From Candidatus Bathyarchaeota archaeon (GTDB taxonomy: Archaea; Thermoproteota; Bathyarchaeia; 40CM-2-53-6): a DNA stretch of 64,000 nucleotides. The notes under the pieces are model-generated. The model was not told the origin of the DNA. It searched no databases and saw only the letters and a list, made by a program, of their open reading frames with translations. Where the stretch lies: positions 55,045 through 119,044 of the forward strand of contig VBBS01000027.1 in the NCBI GenBank assembly GCA_005888745.1. Direction: 5' to 3'. Both the position numbers and the translations under genes were made by a program. Each line of letters begins with the position of its first letter. The stretch's first letter is position 1. This document shows, piece after piece, positions 18,364 to 28,553 of the stretch.

Positions 18364-19419
18364 CTATCCGTGTTTCTTGTTCGGATACATTATGATCTTT
18401 CCCGAACGTCCAGACTTCATCAATGCAAATGCCTTGGAGAACTCTTCGAGATCGAATCGGTGAGTTATGAGCTTCGACAGGTCGACTTGGCCCGCTTTCA
18501 ATACCTCAGCTGTCTTGTACCATGTTCCGAAGAGCCGACGGCCAAAGACACCTCGAACGTGGGCGTCTTTGAAGACAATCCAGTTGGCTACGTCTAGCTC
18601 GACCTTTTTCGAAGGCAGACCGAAGAGGATGACGGTCCCTCCTGGGCGAAGAGCTTTGAATCCTTCTTCGAAAGAGGGTTGCGCTCCTGACATCTCAAAA
18701 AACACATCAACTCCGCGCCCGTCTGTCAAGCGCATGATCTCCTTCACAGGGTCCTGTTGAGACCCATCGATCAGGACGTCTCCACCCATATCCTTCGCCA
18801 GCTTCAACCGGTAGTCGACAATATCGATGCCGAAAATCTTAGTCGCGCCAAACGACTTGCAGAGCCCGATCAAGCAAGCACCGATTGGACCGCACCCAAA
18901 AACGGCGACACTATTCCCCGAGATCTCTGCAGCGGAGGCTGCATGAACAGCGTTACCCAACGGCTCTTGAGCTGACGCAACCTCTATCGGAATCTTCCGA
19001 TCGTTCAACCATGCATGCTGCTCGTTTAGAACATGATATTCCGCGAAACAACCGTCCGTGTCTACGCCTCTGAGAAGCATTCGCTCGCAGATGTGAGCGT
19101 TACCAGTCCGACACTGGAAGCACTTGCCGCAGAAGATGTGAGTCTCGCCGGAGACAATATCGCCCTCGCGGAGGTCCGAGACCTCCTTGCCAACTTCCAT
19201 GATTTTTCCGGCGAACTCGTGTCCCATGACCATTGGAGGCTTGACTTTGTCTCTGATGGATTCGTGCCAGTCGTAGATGTGCATGTCTGTTCCACAGATC
19301 GAAGTGGCCTCGATCCGGACGAGAATGTCTCGCAGACCGAGTTTGGGTGTCGGCCATGGTTCGAAGACTGCGCCGGGACCCGGCGACGCCTTCACAACAG
19401 CGTGCATCTTTTCTTTCAA
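18364..19419 (-). CDS. tdh: L-threonine 3-dehydrogenase (Zn-dependent MDR)
   Basis: Zinc ADH signature (GHEFAGKIMEVG), GxGxxG (VFGCGPIG). Divergent from kbl. Confidence 0.9.
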   Translation of the reverse strand: MKEKMHAVVKASPGPGAVFEPWPTPKLGLRDILVRIEATSICGTDMHIYDWHESIRDKVKPPMVMGHEFAGKIMEVGKEVSDLREGDIVSGETHIFCGKCFQCRTGNAHICERMLLRGVDTDGCFAEYHVLNEQHAWLNDRKIPIEVASAQEPLGNAVHAASAAEISGNSVAVFGCGPIGACLIGLCKSFGATKIFGIDIVDYRLKLAKDMGGDVLIDGSQQDPVKEIMRLTDGRGVDVFFEMSGAQPSFEEGFKALRPGGTVILFGLPSKKVELDVANWIVFKDAHVRGVFGRRLFGTWYKTAEVLKAGQVDLSKLITHRFDLEEFSKAFALMKSGRSGKIIMYPNKKHG

Positions 19420-19504
19420 CAGATTTCCTCGAAACTGGATGTTAGCCGCACAAAGAGCGCTGTAAAACGTTTTAGATTAGGAACAAATTATCGATCTTGA
19501 GAGT

Positions 19505-20707
19505 ATGAGCCAAGAGTCCGGTTTGCAGAGAGCACCGCTTCTAGATGCATTGAGGGAAGAGCTTAGAGGACTGGATCAGCAGGATTTACTGTGGCGCATC
19601 AAGACCCTTCAAAGTCCATCTGCGCCGCACGCCAAAGTGGATGGCAAGAACGTCATTGTTCTCTGTTCGAACAACTATCTTGGACTGGCAAACCATCCCA
19701 AGCTCAAGAAAGCAGCTATCGCTGCAACTAGAAAGTACGGAGCGGGGAGCGGGTCGGTTCGAGTTATCGCCGGGACTATGGACTTACACGCTAAGCTGGA
19801 AAAGGAACTAGCGGCTTACAGAGGAACCGAGTCCTCGATTACCTTCCAATCTGGTTACGCAACGAATCTTGGGACGATCATGTCCTTGGTCGATGAACGT
19901 GATCTGATCATCAGCGATGAACTGAACCACGGCAGCATTATCGATGGCTGTCGCTTGACGAGAGCGGAGAGACGAGTCTACAAGCACAAAGACATGGGCG
20001 ATCTCGAGAAACAGCTCCAGGGAACAGAACGGTTTCGGAGGATTCTAGTCATAACTGACGGAGTCTTCAGCATGGACGGAGACATAGCACCACTGAAAGA
20101 CATTGTAAAGCTGGCGCAAGAACATAATGCGATGACCTATGTTGATGATGCTCACGGAGACGGTGTTCTCGGTAAGAACGGCCGTGGAATAACGAATCAC
20201 TTCCATCTTGAAGGGAAGGTGGACGTTGACATGGGAACCTTCTCGAAGGCCTTCGGATGCGTCGGAGGATACGTGGTCGGCTCGAAAGACCTCTGCGTAT
20301 ATCTCCAGAACAAGGTCCGAAGCTACCTACTCTCCGGGTCCCATCCACCAGCTGTCGCAGGCGCATGCATTGCAGCGCTTCAGCTCGTCCAGAAACAACC
20401 GTCCTTGGTCAAGAAGCTCTGGGACAACACCCACTACTTCAAGAAAGGCCTGAAAGACATAGGCTTCGATACCGGGAATAGCGAGACCCCTATTACTCCA
20501 GTAATAGTCGGAGAGGCCGGGAAGGCTCGCGAACTAGCAGACAATCTCTTCAAACTAGGAATATTCGTCCTTCCGATCGTCTTTCCGATGGTCGCTCGGG
20601 ACAAAGCTAGGGTCAGGACCATAGTGACAAGTGCTCACACGAGAAAAGATCTCTACACAGCATTGAGAGCCTTTGAGAAGGTTGGCAAACAACTAGCACT
20701 AATCTAA
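19505..20707 (+). CDS. kbl: 2-amino-3-ketobutyrate CoA ligase (glycine C-acetyltransferase)
   Basis: PLP-dependent class II aminotransferase fold with conserved Lys region (TFSKAFG). Confidence 0.9.
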   Translation: MSQESGLQRAPLLDALREELRGLDQQDLLWRIKTLQSPSAPHAKVDGKNVIVLCSNNYLGLANHPKLKKAAIAATRKYGAGSGSVRVIAGTMDLHAKLEKELAAYRGTESSITFQSGYATNLGTIMSLVDERDLIISDELNHGSIIDGCRLTRAERRVYKHKDMGDLEKQLQGTERFRRILVITDGVFSMDGDIAPLKDIVKLAQEHNAMTYVDDAHGDGVLGKNGRGITNHFHLEGKVDVDMGTFSKAFGCVGGYVVGSKDLCVYLQNKVRSYLLSGSHPPAVAGACIAALQLVQKQPSLVKKLWDNTHYFKKGLKDIGFDTGNSETPITPVIVGEAGKARELADNLFKLGIFVLPIVFPMVARDKARVRTIVTSAHTRKDLYTALRAFEKVGKQLALI

Positions 20708-20735
20708 CTACGACAATCCTTGCTCGGGATCAGAG

Positions 20736-21257
20736 TTGGCAACCCAGAAAAAGAAACGAGCGAAGAAGCCCCGAAGGCCGGCGTTCACTGTCCGTAAGGC
20801 CACCTTGAAGGATCTTCCGATCCTGGTTCACCAGCGCAGGGCGATGTGGCGTGATCTCGGGGCGAGAGAACAGAGAGAGTTGGATAGAGCCGACAAGATC
20901 TACGCGCGATGGGCAAGGTCGAGAATGAAGAGTGGGAGTCTGATGGGCTGGGTGGCGGAGAACGGAGGTAAGGTTCTCGGTGGAGGATGCGTGTGGCTGC
21001 AGCCTGTCCAACCGAGGCCAGGATACAATCTCATGATCCAGCCATACTTGCTGTCAATGTACACGGAGCCTCGCTCCAGAGGACTTGGCGTCGCCTCAGG
21101 TATTGTAGAGAAAGCGTTAGAGTGGTGCAGAAAGAACCAGTTTCTCCAGCTTCGCCTGCATGCTAGCGAGATGGGACGCAAGGTCTACCTCAAACACGGG
21201 TTCGAGCGGACATGGGAAATGAGGCGCAGAATCAAGAAGCTCAGAGAAGACAGCTAA
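20736..21257 (+). CDS. GNAT family N-acetyltransferase
   Basis: GNAT motif region (RGLGVASGIVEKALEWCRKNQF...LHASEMGRKVYLKHGF). TTG start with a Lys-rich N-terminal tail. Confidence 0.75.
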   Translation: MATQKKKRAKKPRRPAFTVRKATLKDLPILVHQRRAMWRDLGAREQRELDRADKIYARWARSRMKSGSLMGWVAENGGKVLGGGCVWLQPVQPRPGYNLMIQPYLLSMYTEPRSRGLGVASGIVEKALEWCRKNQFLQLRLHASEMGRKVYLKHGFERTWEMRRRIKKLREDS

Positions 21258-21309
21258 CAGGTCAGCTTAGAAAGAAGCTTAGTTATCCAGATTTACCGCG
21301 ATTCGAATC

Positions 21310-21477
21310 TTGTCACGCCTGGTTCCGAGATGCTCCTGCGGTGGAGAGCTAGTAATCATAGGTGAGAATAGGAGTGCGGAAGGCTGGCGGACAGGCTTCA
21401 AGCTTCAATGCAAGAAATGCAACAAGCGATGGATCTACACTGGCGGAACCTACCACGCGGACCCAACCTCGGGCTGA
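21310..21477 (+). CDS. small zinc-ribbon protein (candidate, non-ATG start)
   Basis: 55-codon frame from TTG: CSCGG...CKKCNKRW (CxC...CxxC). It ends 10 nt before the SIS gene and was not called in the ORF track. Confidence 0.3.
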   Translation: MSRLVPRCSCGGELVIIGENRSAEGWRTGFKLQCKKCNKRWIYTGGTYHADPTSG

Positions 21478-21486
21478 GAACGAAAT

Positions 21487-22425
21487 ATGTCCGTCCTCGC
21501 AATGGCAGAAGAGATCTCGAACCAGACGCAGGACCTTCCAAGGTTCGCTTCTCAACTTCGAAAAAAGCACCTGCCAAAGATCCAACCTTCCAGATTGATC
21601 TTCGCAGGGTCAGGCGATTCATACGCAGCAGCCGTCTTTGCCCAAGAACTCTCCCAGGGAGAGTCTACAGCCTCGGACCCTTACGAGCTGCTGACGAACA
21701 TTAGGCGAATCCGAGGAAAGAATCTCGTAATTATCTCGGTCAGCGGCCGAACGAAAACCAACATCGAGCTAGCCAGAAAGGCAAAAAGAATCTCAACAAA
21801 CACGTTAGCAATCACTGCCAACCTGGAGAGCCCACTAGCTGGAGAATGTGACGAGACCCTTCAACTACAATATCGAACTACCGGAACACCCACCTCTGGG
21901 ACAATCAGTTTTACGACTAGCTTGTTGGCTTGTGCGTTCCTTCTTAGGAATCTGCCAAGGACTGTCCAAGTGAAGACCGCTCCCATCGACACTGCCGGGT
22001 TGGCAACGAAATTGAACCAAGCTGGGAAAGGAGCATTTGTCTTTGCAGGATCGGGAGCAGACTACGCCCTCTCCCTCTACGGCGCAGCAAAAATCAACGA
22101 GGTATTGGGTGCAAAGGCAGAGGTCGTATACCCTGAACAGCTTGGGCACGCGAAACTGTTCACAATAGACAAGAAACGGGACTTTGTTGTGTGCATTTCA
22201 TCAGGACGAGACAAGGCCAGGGAGACGTATCAATTGCTCATCAAGGAAGGCTTCCAGGGCTCAATCATTGCCTTTCCAGATAGTCACGTGGTCAATCGAA
22301 GCTTGAAGATTGCAATCTACCTTCAACGACTCGCACTCTCTCTTGCCCGGATAAGGGGAATCGAAGAGTGCGCGTTCCTCTATGACAAGAGTAGGTTGAG
22401 TCTCAGCAACCGTATGATCTATTGA
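21487..22425 (+). CDS. SIS (sugar isomerase) double-domain protein
   Basis: FAGSGDSYAAA and FVFAGSGADYALSL SIS-domain motifs. Confidence 0.7.
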   Translation: MSVLAMAEEISNQTQDLPRFASQLRKKHLPKIQPSRLIFAGSGDSYAAAVFAQELSQGESTASDPYELLTNIRRIRGKNLVIISVSGRTKTNIELARKAKRISTNTLAITANLESPLAGECDETLQLQYRTTGTPTSGTISFTTSLLACAFLLRNLPRTVQVKTAPIDTAGLATKLNQAGKGAFVFAGSGADYALSLYGAAKINEVLGAKAEVVYPEQLGHAKLFTIDKKRDFVVCISSGRDKARETYQLLIKEGFQGSIIAFPDSHVVNRSLKIAIYLQRLALSLARIRGIEECAFLYDKSRLSLSNRMIY

Positions 22426-22440
22426 ACGACCGGCGACTTC

Positions 22441-23088
22441 CTAGGGAACAGTTTGAAGATACTTGTATACGTCAAGAAGATCATCAGTATCCATGCTGTG
22501 GGACGCAGCGGCTTTCACTTTGGGGACCTTCGCGTTCAAAGCCACAGAATAACGCACAATCCTGAAGACAGGGACATCGTTCACCCAATCTCCCACGTGA
22601 GCACATCTTGATGGGGGTATGCCTGTCCATGCACAATATTTTCGCAAACCAAGTCGCTTGTCCGGCAGAGTTTCTATCTCGTCCGTGACGATTCCATCCT
22701 TGATGCCAACTTTAGATCCAACGTAGCCTTCGAACCCGAACCTTTCAATCAAGTACGCACAGAGAAAATCTGGATTATCAGTCAGGAGAACAACCCGAAT
22801 TCCATGACCTTGCAACTTCTCAACTGTTTCCCGGACATTCCTGATAACCTCGACCTTTGAGACCTCTCGAAGAACGTCTGCCAGCTTCATTCCCTGGAGG
22901 AGCTTGTATTCAGAAGCAAGGCATTCTCTAAGGGTGATTCTCTGATGATGATACCTTTGGTCGAGAGCGTCCCATTTCTCTCCAATTCCTAGAGATCGGG
23001 CCACTTGGGTGAGAGCTGCCTTTCGGAAGATGGTCCCGTCAACATCGAAGGAAACCATCGAGAGGGAAGAGAGCGGCAGGATCTTCAC
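22441..23088 (-). CDS. HAD-superfamily phosphatase (phosphoserine phosphatase-like)
   Basis: FDVDGT motif I. Late HAD motif GDWVNDVP. Confidence 0.75.
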   Translation of the reverse strand: MKILPLSSLSMVSFDVDGTIFRKAALTQVARSLGIGEKWDALDQRYHHQRITLRECLASEYKLLQGMKLADVLREVSKVEVIRNVRETVEKLQGHGIRVVLLTDNPDFLCAYLIERFGFEGYVGSKVGIKDGIVTDEIETLPDKRLGLRKYCAWTGIPPSRCAHVGDWVNDVPVFRIVRYSVALNAKVPKVKAAASHSMDTDDLLDVYKYLQTVP

Positions 23089-23100
23089 TCCTCTTTGAAG

Positions 23101-24288
23101 TCAAGTGTATTCGATTGTCTTGAACTCTTTCCGCAGTCTTGTCGCCGATCTGCGTACGCTGCTCGGTTCTTCGCCCTTGTAGATTCTAATGATCAGTTCT
23201 GCAATTCTCTCCATATCTCTCGCTTTCATTCCGCGTCGAGTAGACTCGTTTGTTCCGAGCCGGATTCCATGATCCACTATCATGTTTGCTTCTTCCAGCT
23301 TCTCGGAAAACCGGTTCACATTCTCTTCGCCGTTGATGTCGAGGAAAACCTGGTGCGACTCAGTAAATCCATAGTCTGGGCATCTGACAGGTAGACCTCC
23401 TTCGTGAAGCGCCTCGGCCAAGGCTTTCGCGTTCGCAATTACTTGAGGCGCATATTTCGTTCCTCTTCTCCGAACCTCGTCCAGCGCCCATGTTAGAGCT
23501 GCGATCCTGTTCCAGTGGGCGTTATCGACTAAGCCTGGGAACTGTTGGTCCTTGACCCGCGTTTTCAGTCGGGCCGTTCCGAGGATTATTCCTCCTTGAG
23601 GCCCGAAGAAGCTCTTGTGAGTAGAGCCTAGCATGAGGTCCGCTCCCTCCTTCAGGGGACGCTGGAACTCGCCGCCTCCGATCAGGCCCAAGACATGGGA
23701 AGCGTCGAAGGCAACTTGAGACTCAGCTGCTCGGCAGGTCTCGGACAATTCCTTGACGGGGTGAGGGAAGAGGAAATAGGACTGGCCAAAGACTACGAGA
23801 GATGGTTTTTCGTCCTCAATTAGCGTCTTGGCCTTTTCTACGTCAATATTCATTCGTTCAGAATCGTATGGGAAAAAGAGATTTTTCACATTGACGAACG
23901 GGGGATAGCCACGGTTCCCAAGTCCATCATACCCACCGTTCGAAGGATTGACGGTGAGGATCGAGCCTCCGGGCTTCGTCAGGGTGGATACCATTATCGT
24001 GTCGGCAATGTGCCCGGAGAGTGGTCGGAGGCTTGCCCAGTCAGATCCGAAGACCTCGCACGCTAGCTTCTCTCCCAGGCTCTCAAGCTCGTCGATGAAA
24101 CGTGTCCCCTTGTAGAACCCATCCCAAGCAGTATAACGATGGCCCATATCGCCAGAGAGAAGTTGGCGAACAGTGTGACTGGTTACGTTCTCAGATGGGA
24201 TGAGGTTGAGGCATTCTTCTGCACGCCAGCGTTGATGCTTGTCAACGATCTTTCTGATCTCGGACGCGTAGGACGTTGTGGTCGACAT
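23101..24288 (-). CDS. glyA: serine hydroxymethyltransferase
   Basis: PLP-Lys region (GSTHKSFFGPQGG). The ORF track extends to 24342, but that would overlap rps11. An internal Met (MSTTTSYASEIRK...) fits SHMT N-termini. Confidence 0.9.
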   Translation of the reverse strand: MSTTTSYASEIRKIVDKHQRWRAEECLNLIPSENVTSHTVRQLLSGDMGHRYTAWDGFYKGTRFIDELESLGEKLACEVFGSDWASLRPLSGHIADTIMVSTLTKPGGSILTVNPSNGGYDGLGNRGYPPFVNVKNLFFPYDSERMNIDVEKAKTLIEDEKPSLVVFGQSYFLFPHPVKELSETCRAAESQVAFDASHVLGLIGGGEFQRPLKEGADLMLGSTHKSFFGPQGGIILGTARLKTRVKDQQFPGLVDNAHWNRIAALTWALDEVRRRGTKYAPQVIANAKALAEALHEGGLPVRCPDYGFTESHQVFLDINGEENVNRFSEKLEEANMIVDHGIRLGTNESTRRGMKARDMERIAELIIRIYKGEEPSSVRRSATRLRKEFKTIEYT

Positions 24289-24298
24289 TAGTTGAGAA

Positions 24299-24706
24299 CT
24301 AGACTCTTCGACCGCGTCGACCGCCGGGTCTTCGGGTCCCATCGTGAGGGACTGGTGTCACGTCTTCTATTCGGCCGATTCTGAAACCGTGACGGGCAAG
24401 CATTCTGATGGCTGCTTGCGCCCCCGGACCAGGAGTCCTGGCACCGTGTCCACCCGGAGCTCGTACTCGAATGTGAAGGGAGGTAATTCCCTTGTCCTTT
24501 GCGGTCTTGGCGGCGGCCGCAGCGGCCTGCATCGCGGCGTATGGTGTCCCCTGGAGTCTGTCGGCTTTGACGTGTTGCCCGCCGGCGCTTCGAGATATTG
24601 TCTCGGCGCCTGTGAGGTCTGTTATGTGGACCATGGTGTTGTTGAAGGATGAGTAGATGTGGGCTATTCCCCATCTGTCCGCCGGTGCTTTCGTCTTCTC
24701 CGCCAT
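24299..24706 (-). CDS. rps11: 30S ribosomal protein S11
   Basis: [18 protein letters not shown]...[13 protein letters not shown] is diagnostic of uS11. Confidence 0.9.
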   Translation of the reverse strand: MAEKTKAPADRWGIAHIYSSFNNTMVHITDLTGAETISRSAGGQHVKADRLQGTPYAAMQAAAAAAKTAKDKGITSLHIRVRAPGGHGARTPGPGAQAAIRMLARHGFRIGRIEDVTPVPHDGTRRPGGRRGRRV

Positions 24707-24747
24707 GCAGAATTACCTGATAGATTGCGGCTTGACCCTCACGCGAA

Positions 24748-24753
24748 TTTAAA
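24748..24753 (+). promoter_or_regulatory. TATA-box-like element (TTTAAA) about 30 nt upstream of the polB start
   Basis: AT-rich hexamer in the 73-nt divergent rps11/polB intergenic region. The spacing is consistent with a leaderless archaeal transcript. Confidence 0.3.
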
Positions 24754-24779
24754 CTCTCCTTGGAGGATATCGTCCCAAG

Positions 24780-27119
24780 TTGAAACTAGACTTCTGGCTC
24801 CTAGACCTCAACCACGATGCCCATGAGGGCAAGTCTGCGATCTGGCTGTGGGGAGTCACACGTGACAACAAACGAGTCCTAGTTATCGACGCCAACTTTC
24901 AGACGTCCTTCTATCTCCTGCCTAAGAAAGGGCAGGACATCGACCAATTGAAAGAGAGGATAGAGAGAGAAAAACCACATCCCTCAGTTGAAAGAGCCGA
25001 TATCGAACAGAAGAAACGCCTCGGGGAAGATAGACAAGTTCTCAAGGTGTCTTGCAAAGATCCTGACAATTTGGAGAAGTGTGCGAGAGACTGCGTAAAG
25101 CAGCTCGGTGTGGAGGCGAGCTTTGAGGACAAGCTTCGTTATTCGATAAAATACCAGATCGAGTTCGAGATCAGACCCTGCCAATGGTACAAAGTCGAGG
25201 GAACAGAATCCTCTATTGATCCTCGAAAGTATCATGTTGACAGGGTCTTTGAGACCAGTGGGCATCCAACTTCCATCCCAAGGGAAAATGCTCCCAAACT
25301 TCGACTGCTCTCCTTTTCTATCCTATCTGTCAGTCCCACAGGTTCTCCGAGCCCAATCCGCGACCCCGTATGTCTTGTCGCATGGAAAAAAAAGGATGGC
25401 CAGGCAAATACCATCCAGTCAGAAAAAACCTCTGACAATGAACTAATCGAAGAATTCTCGCAGGCTCACCAGAAATTTGACCCCGATGTTGTCTTCTCGT
25501 TTGGCGGCAACACATTCGACTGGCCCTACCTGATCAAGCGAGCCGATAGGACCAAGGCAAAGCTTTCCGTTGGAAGGGACGATGGTCCAGCCCGCCAGAG
25601 CCTCTATGGCCACTTCTCCCTCACCGGACGAGCAAACGTGGATCTGCAGGACTTCTCAGGAGACCTCTATGATGTAAAGATCAAGACCGTGGAGAATGTC
25701 GCTAGGTTTCTCGGAGTCGAAGCATCTACTCCAACAATCGACGAGACAGAATACTACGATCACTGGATCGGCAAGGATCGCCCGGCATTAGTAGAACAGA
25801 TGAAAGCGCGCGCGATTTCAATATTCAATGTCGGAGACGACGCACTTGATTACACCCTACAACTCTCGAATCTCTCAGCGCTCCCACCCGACCAAGTTCT
25901 TGCAGCTGCGGTCGGGTTCAGGGTCGATAGTTACTTGTTGATGGAGGCGCGCAAGCTCGGCGAGCTGATCCCTGCCAGATCAGAACTGAACATCATCCCC
26001 TACAAGGGTGCAATTGTCCTAGAACCCAGTGTAGGACTTCACGACAATGTTGCAGTGCTCGACTTCTCCGCGATGTATCCTAGTCTCATGGTGAAGTACA
26101 ACATTTCCCCTGACACTCTCGTCGATGAGGGAGGCGATGATGCCCTTGAGGTTCCCGAGGTCGGGCATCATTTCCGGAAGAACCCTCCAGGATTCTACAA
26201 GATCGTTCTAAGTCAGCTCATCGCAAGTCGACAGGCGGCGAAGAAAGAGGCCGCTAAGACACCGCGCGGAACTCCCGAACACAAGATCCTGAAAGCACGT
26301 GAAAAGGCGACCAAGGTCATTACCAATGCCACCTACGGGTATGCGGGTTGGGCCGGGTCCAGATGGTACTCTCGTGAGGTCGCAGAATCAGCCGCCGCAC
26401 TCGGAAGAGACACAATCAACAAATCCATTGATATCGCCAAGAATCTCGGACTCCATGTTCTCTACGGAGACACAGACAGCCTCTTCGTCGAATACGAGGA
26501 AAAACTCGTCAACCAATTCATCAAAGAGATCGACAAGAATCTAGGTCTTGAAATCAACCTGGGACAATTGTACAAGCGAATCCTGTTCACCGAGGCCAAG
26601 AAGAAGTACGCTGGACTACTGGAAGATGGCGAGCTCGATATTGTCGGAATGGAAGCAATCAGAGGAGACTGGTCTAACCTCGCGAGAAGTATCCAGAACG
26701 AAGTTCTCAAACTTGTCCTTCAAGGTGGCAATCCAACTGAAGCAAAGTCATACGTGCAGAGCCTAGTCAAGGACCTGGAATCCTTCAAGGTTCCGAAGTC
26801 TTCGCTGGTGATATGGAAGACCCTTACCAAACGTCCTGATGAGTACGAGGTAAATGCTCCACATGTGGAGGTTGCTCGGAAGATGGCAAAGGAAGGCTGG
26901 CCCGTGACTGTGGGAGACAAGGTTGGTTTCATAGTCACAAAGAAACCCGGCAAGCTCTACCAAAAGGCAGAGCCGCACTTCAAGGTCTCCCTTGGGCAGG
27001 TGGATTACGACTATTATGTTCACAATCAGATTGTCCCGGCTGCGGCTAGAGTTCTAGAGGTCTTTGGGATACATGAGGAAGATCTTCTTGAACCGAGTCG
27101 CGGTCAAGTCAATTTGTAA
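24780..27119 (+). CDS. polB: family B DNA polymerase
   Basis: Motif A DFSAMYPSL, motif B KVITNATYGYAG, motif C YGDTDS. TTG start. Confidence 0.9.
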   Translation: MKLDFWLLDLNHDAHEGKSAIWLWGVTRDNKRVLVIDANFQTSFYLLPKKGQDIDQLKERIEREKPHPSVERADIEQKKRLGEDRQVLKVSCKDPDNLEKCARDCVKQLGVEASFEDKLRYSIKYQIEFEIRPCQWYKVEGTESSIDPRKYHVDRVFETSGHPTSIPRENAPKLRLLSFSILSVSPTGSPSPIRDPVCLVAWKKKDGQANTIQSEKTSDNELIEEFSQAHQKFDPDVVFSFGGNTFDWPYLIKRADRTKAKLSVGRDDGPARQSLYGHFSLTGRANVDLQDFSGDLYDVKIKTVENVARFLGVEASTPTIDETEYYDHWIGKDRPALVEQMKARAISIFNVGDDALDYTLQLSNLSALPPDQVLAAAVGFRVDSYLLMEARKLGELIPARSELNIIPYKGAIVLEPSVGLHDNVAVLDFSAMYPSLMVKYNISPDTLVDEGGDDALEVPEVGHHFRKNPPGFYKIVLSQLIASRQAAKKEAAKTPRGTPEHKILKAREKATKVITNATYGYAGWAGSRWYSREVAESAAALGRDTINKSIDIAKNLGLHVLYGDTDSLFVEYEEKLVNQFIKEIDKNLGLEINLGQLYKRILFTEAKKKYAGLLEDGELDIVGMEAIRGDWSNLARSIQNEVLKLVLQGGNPTEAKSYVQSLVKDLESFKVPKSSLVIWKTLTKRPDEYEVNAPHVEVARKMAKEGWPVTVGDKVGFIVTKKPGKLYQKAEPHFKVSLGQVDYDYYVHNQIVPAAARVLEVFGIHEEDLLEPSRGQVNL

Positions 27120-28386
27120 TCGTAGGGCCCGGACTGAACGAAGAGAGATCGCTCAGAGTCATCACGTTCACGTTGGGTGGCTTCTTGGCGCCGTCGGATA
27201 TCCTGTCGCCAATGACGAATCGGATGTTCTTTCCGGCGGCAATGTCCAACAATCTCTGAGTGACAACTCCATCGAAGAGGATCAAATGCGCGTTCTCTAC
27301 GCTTGGAATCTTCTCCGCAAGCTCGCTGACAGGCATTCGGGATAGCTCCTTTCCTGCTTCGTCGAATATCACTGCCTCCAGAGTTCCGCGCAGGTCTTTT
27401 GCTGCGTCGAACACCGTTGGCGAGAGACTGGGTCTTGGGATGGGCGGTGCTTCTACGCGAGGTTCAGATGGGCCGTATCCTCTTTCGTAGGGTCGCTCGT
27501 ATCGTTCCTGTCTCTCAGGTCTTTCCTGGCGGGCGAACTGAACTCTTTCTGGTCTCTCGATAGGTCGAGCTAGATTGATTGGGACCTTTTCTCTGAGGGC
27601 TTTCATTAGCTCCTTAGGAGTGAGCTCCTCTACCTCTTTGCCGAAGGGTGCACGTGCAACGTAGTCTATGTCTGCGACCTGTTGTAGTTCTTTGAGGATC
27701 AGGTCTCCTGCCCTGTCACCGTCCAGGAAGGCTGTGACTTCCTTGTCCTTGGTGAGTTTGATGATGGTATCAGGTACCTTGGTGCCGTTGAGCGCGATGA
27801 CGTTCTTTATCCCCACCTTCATGAGGAGAATGACGTCGGCTCTGCCTTCAACGACAATTAGTGAGCCGCTCTCGACCTCCGGACCCGCAGGGAGCTTCTC
27901 GGGACCGTACTCGATAAGATCGACACCCCTTAGGGAGGAAGCGACTTCTTTGACGACCTCTTCAGTGCTGGGAGATGATTCGACTACCCATTTGCGGAGA
28001 ATGTCCTTCGCCTTGGTTAGGATGGCGTTTCTTTTTTCTTCGCGGACATCCTCTACCTTCTCCAGTGTAATCTTGGCTTCGCAGGGGCCGATTCTGTCGA
28101 CGCTCTCGATCGCGGCGGCAATAATGGCTGTAGAGACCTTGTCTAGGCTTGAGGGTATTACGATTGATCCTGTTGTCTTGTCGCGTTTGGAGTCGAGGTT
28201 GATCTCGATTCGTCCTATTCTTCCTGATTTTTGTAGTTCTCTAAGGTCTAGATCGGGTCCGAAGAGTCCTTCTGTTTGTCCGAAGACCGCACCCACAACA
28301 TCAGGTTTCTCGACGACGCCTTGAACGTCGAAGTGTGCTTTTACTATGTATTTTGTAGTCGTAGCGTACTGAGACTGTTCAACCAT
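27109..28386 (-). CDS. dnaG: archaeal DnaG primase
   Basis: N-terminal VVGAVFGQTEGLFGPDLDLRELQKSGRIGRI and a Toprim domain. 11-nt convergent overlap with polB. Confidence 0.9.
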   Translation of the reverse strand: MVEQSQYATTTKYIVKAHFDVQGVVEKPDVVGAVFGQTEGLFGPDLDLRELQKSGRIGRIEINLDSKRDKTTGSIVIPSSLDKVSTAIIAAAIESVDRIGPCEAKITLEKVEDVREEKRNAILTKAKDILRKWVVESSPSTEEVVKEVASSLRGVDLIEYGPEKLPAGPEVESGSLIVVEGRADVILLMKVGIKNVIALNGTKVPDTIIKLTKDKEVTAFLDGDRAGDLILKELQQVADIDYVARAPFGKEVEELTPKELMKALREKVPINLARPIERPERVQFARQERPERQERYERPYERGYGPSEPRVEAPPIPRPSLSPTVFDAAKDLRGTLEAVIFDEAGKELSRMPVSELAEKIPSVENAHLILFDGVVTQRLLDIAAGKNIRFVIGDRISDGAKKPPNVNVMTLSDLSSFSPGPTITN

Positions 28387-28553
28387 GAAAGTTTAACCTC
28401 CATAATTCAATACCTTCTTTCTGATACCTTCTCTTTTCGATTTGTAAGCGGTAAAGCTTGAGAGCGTAAAGGGTCCAGCCCTAGTATTAAAGCCCGTCTC
28501 CAATCCTCACGATTATCGGTATTGCTGGCTATTTCGAAAGCAATCATCACAAT

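Noticed and set aside
24288-24342. Upstream 18 codons of the glyA ORF
   Set aside because: They would overlap the rps11 coding sequence on the same strand. An internal Met gives a typical SHMT N-terminus.
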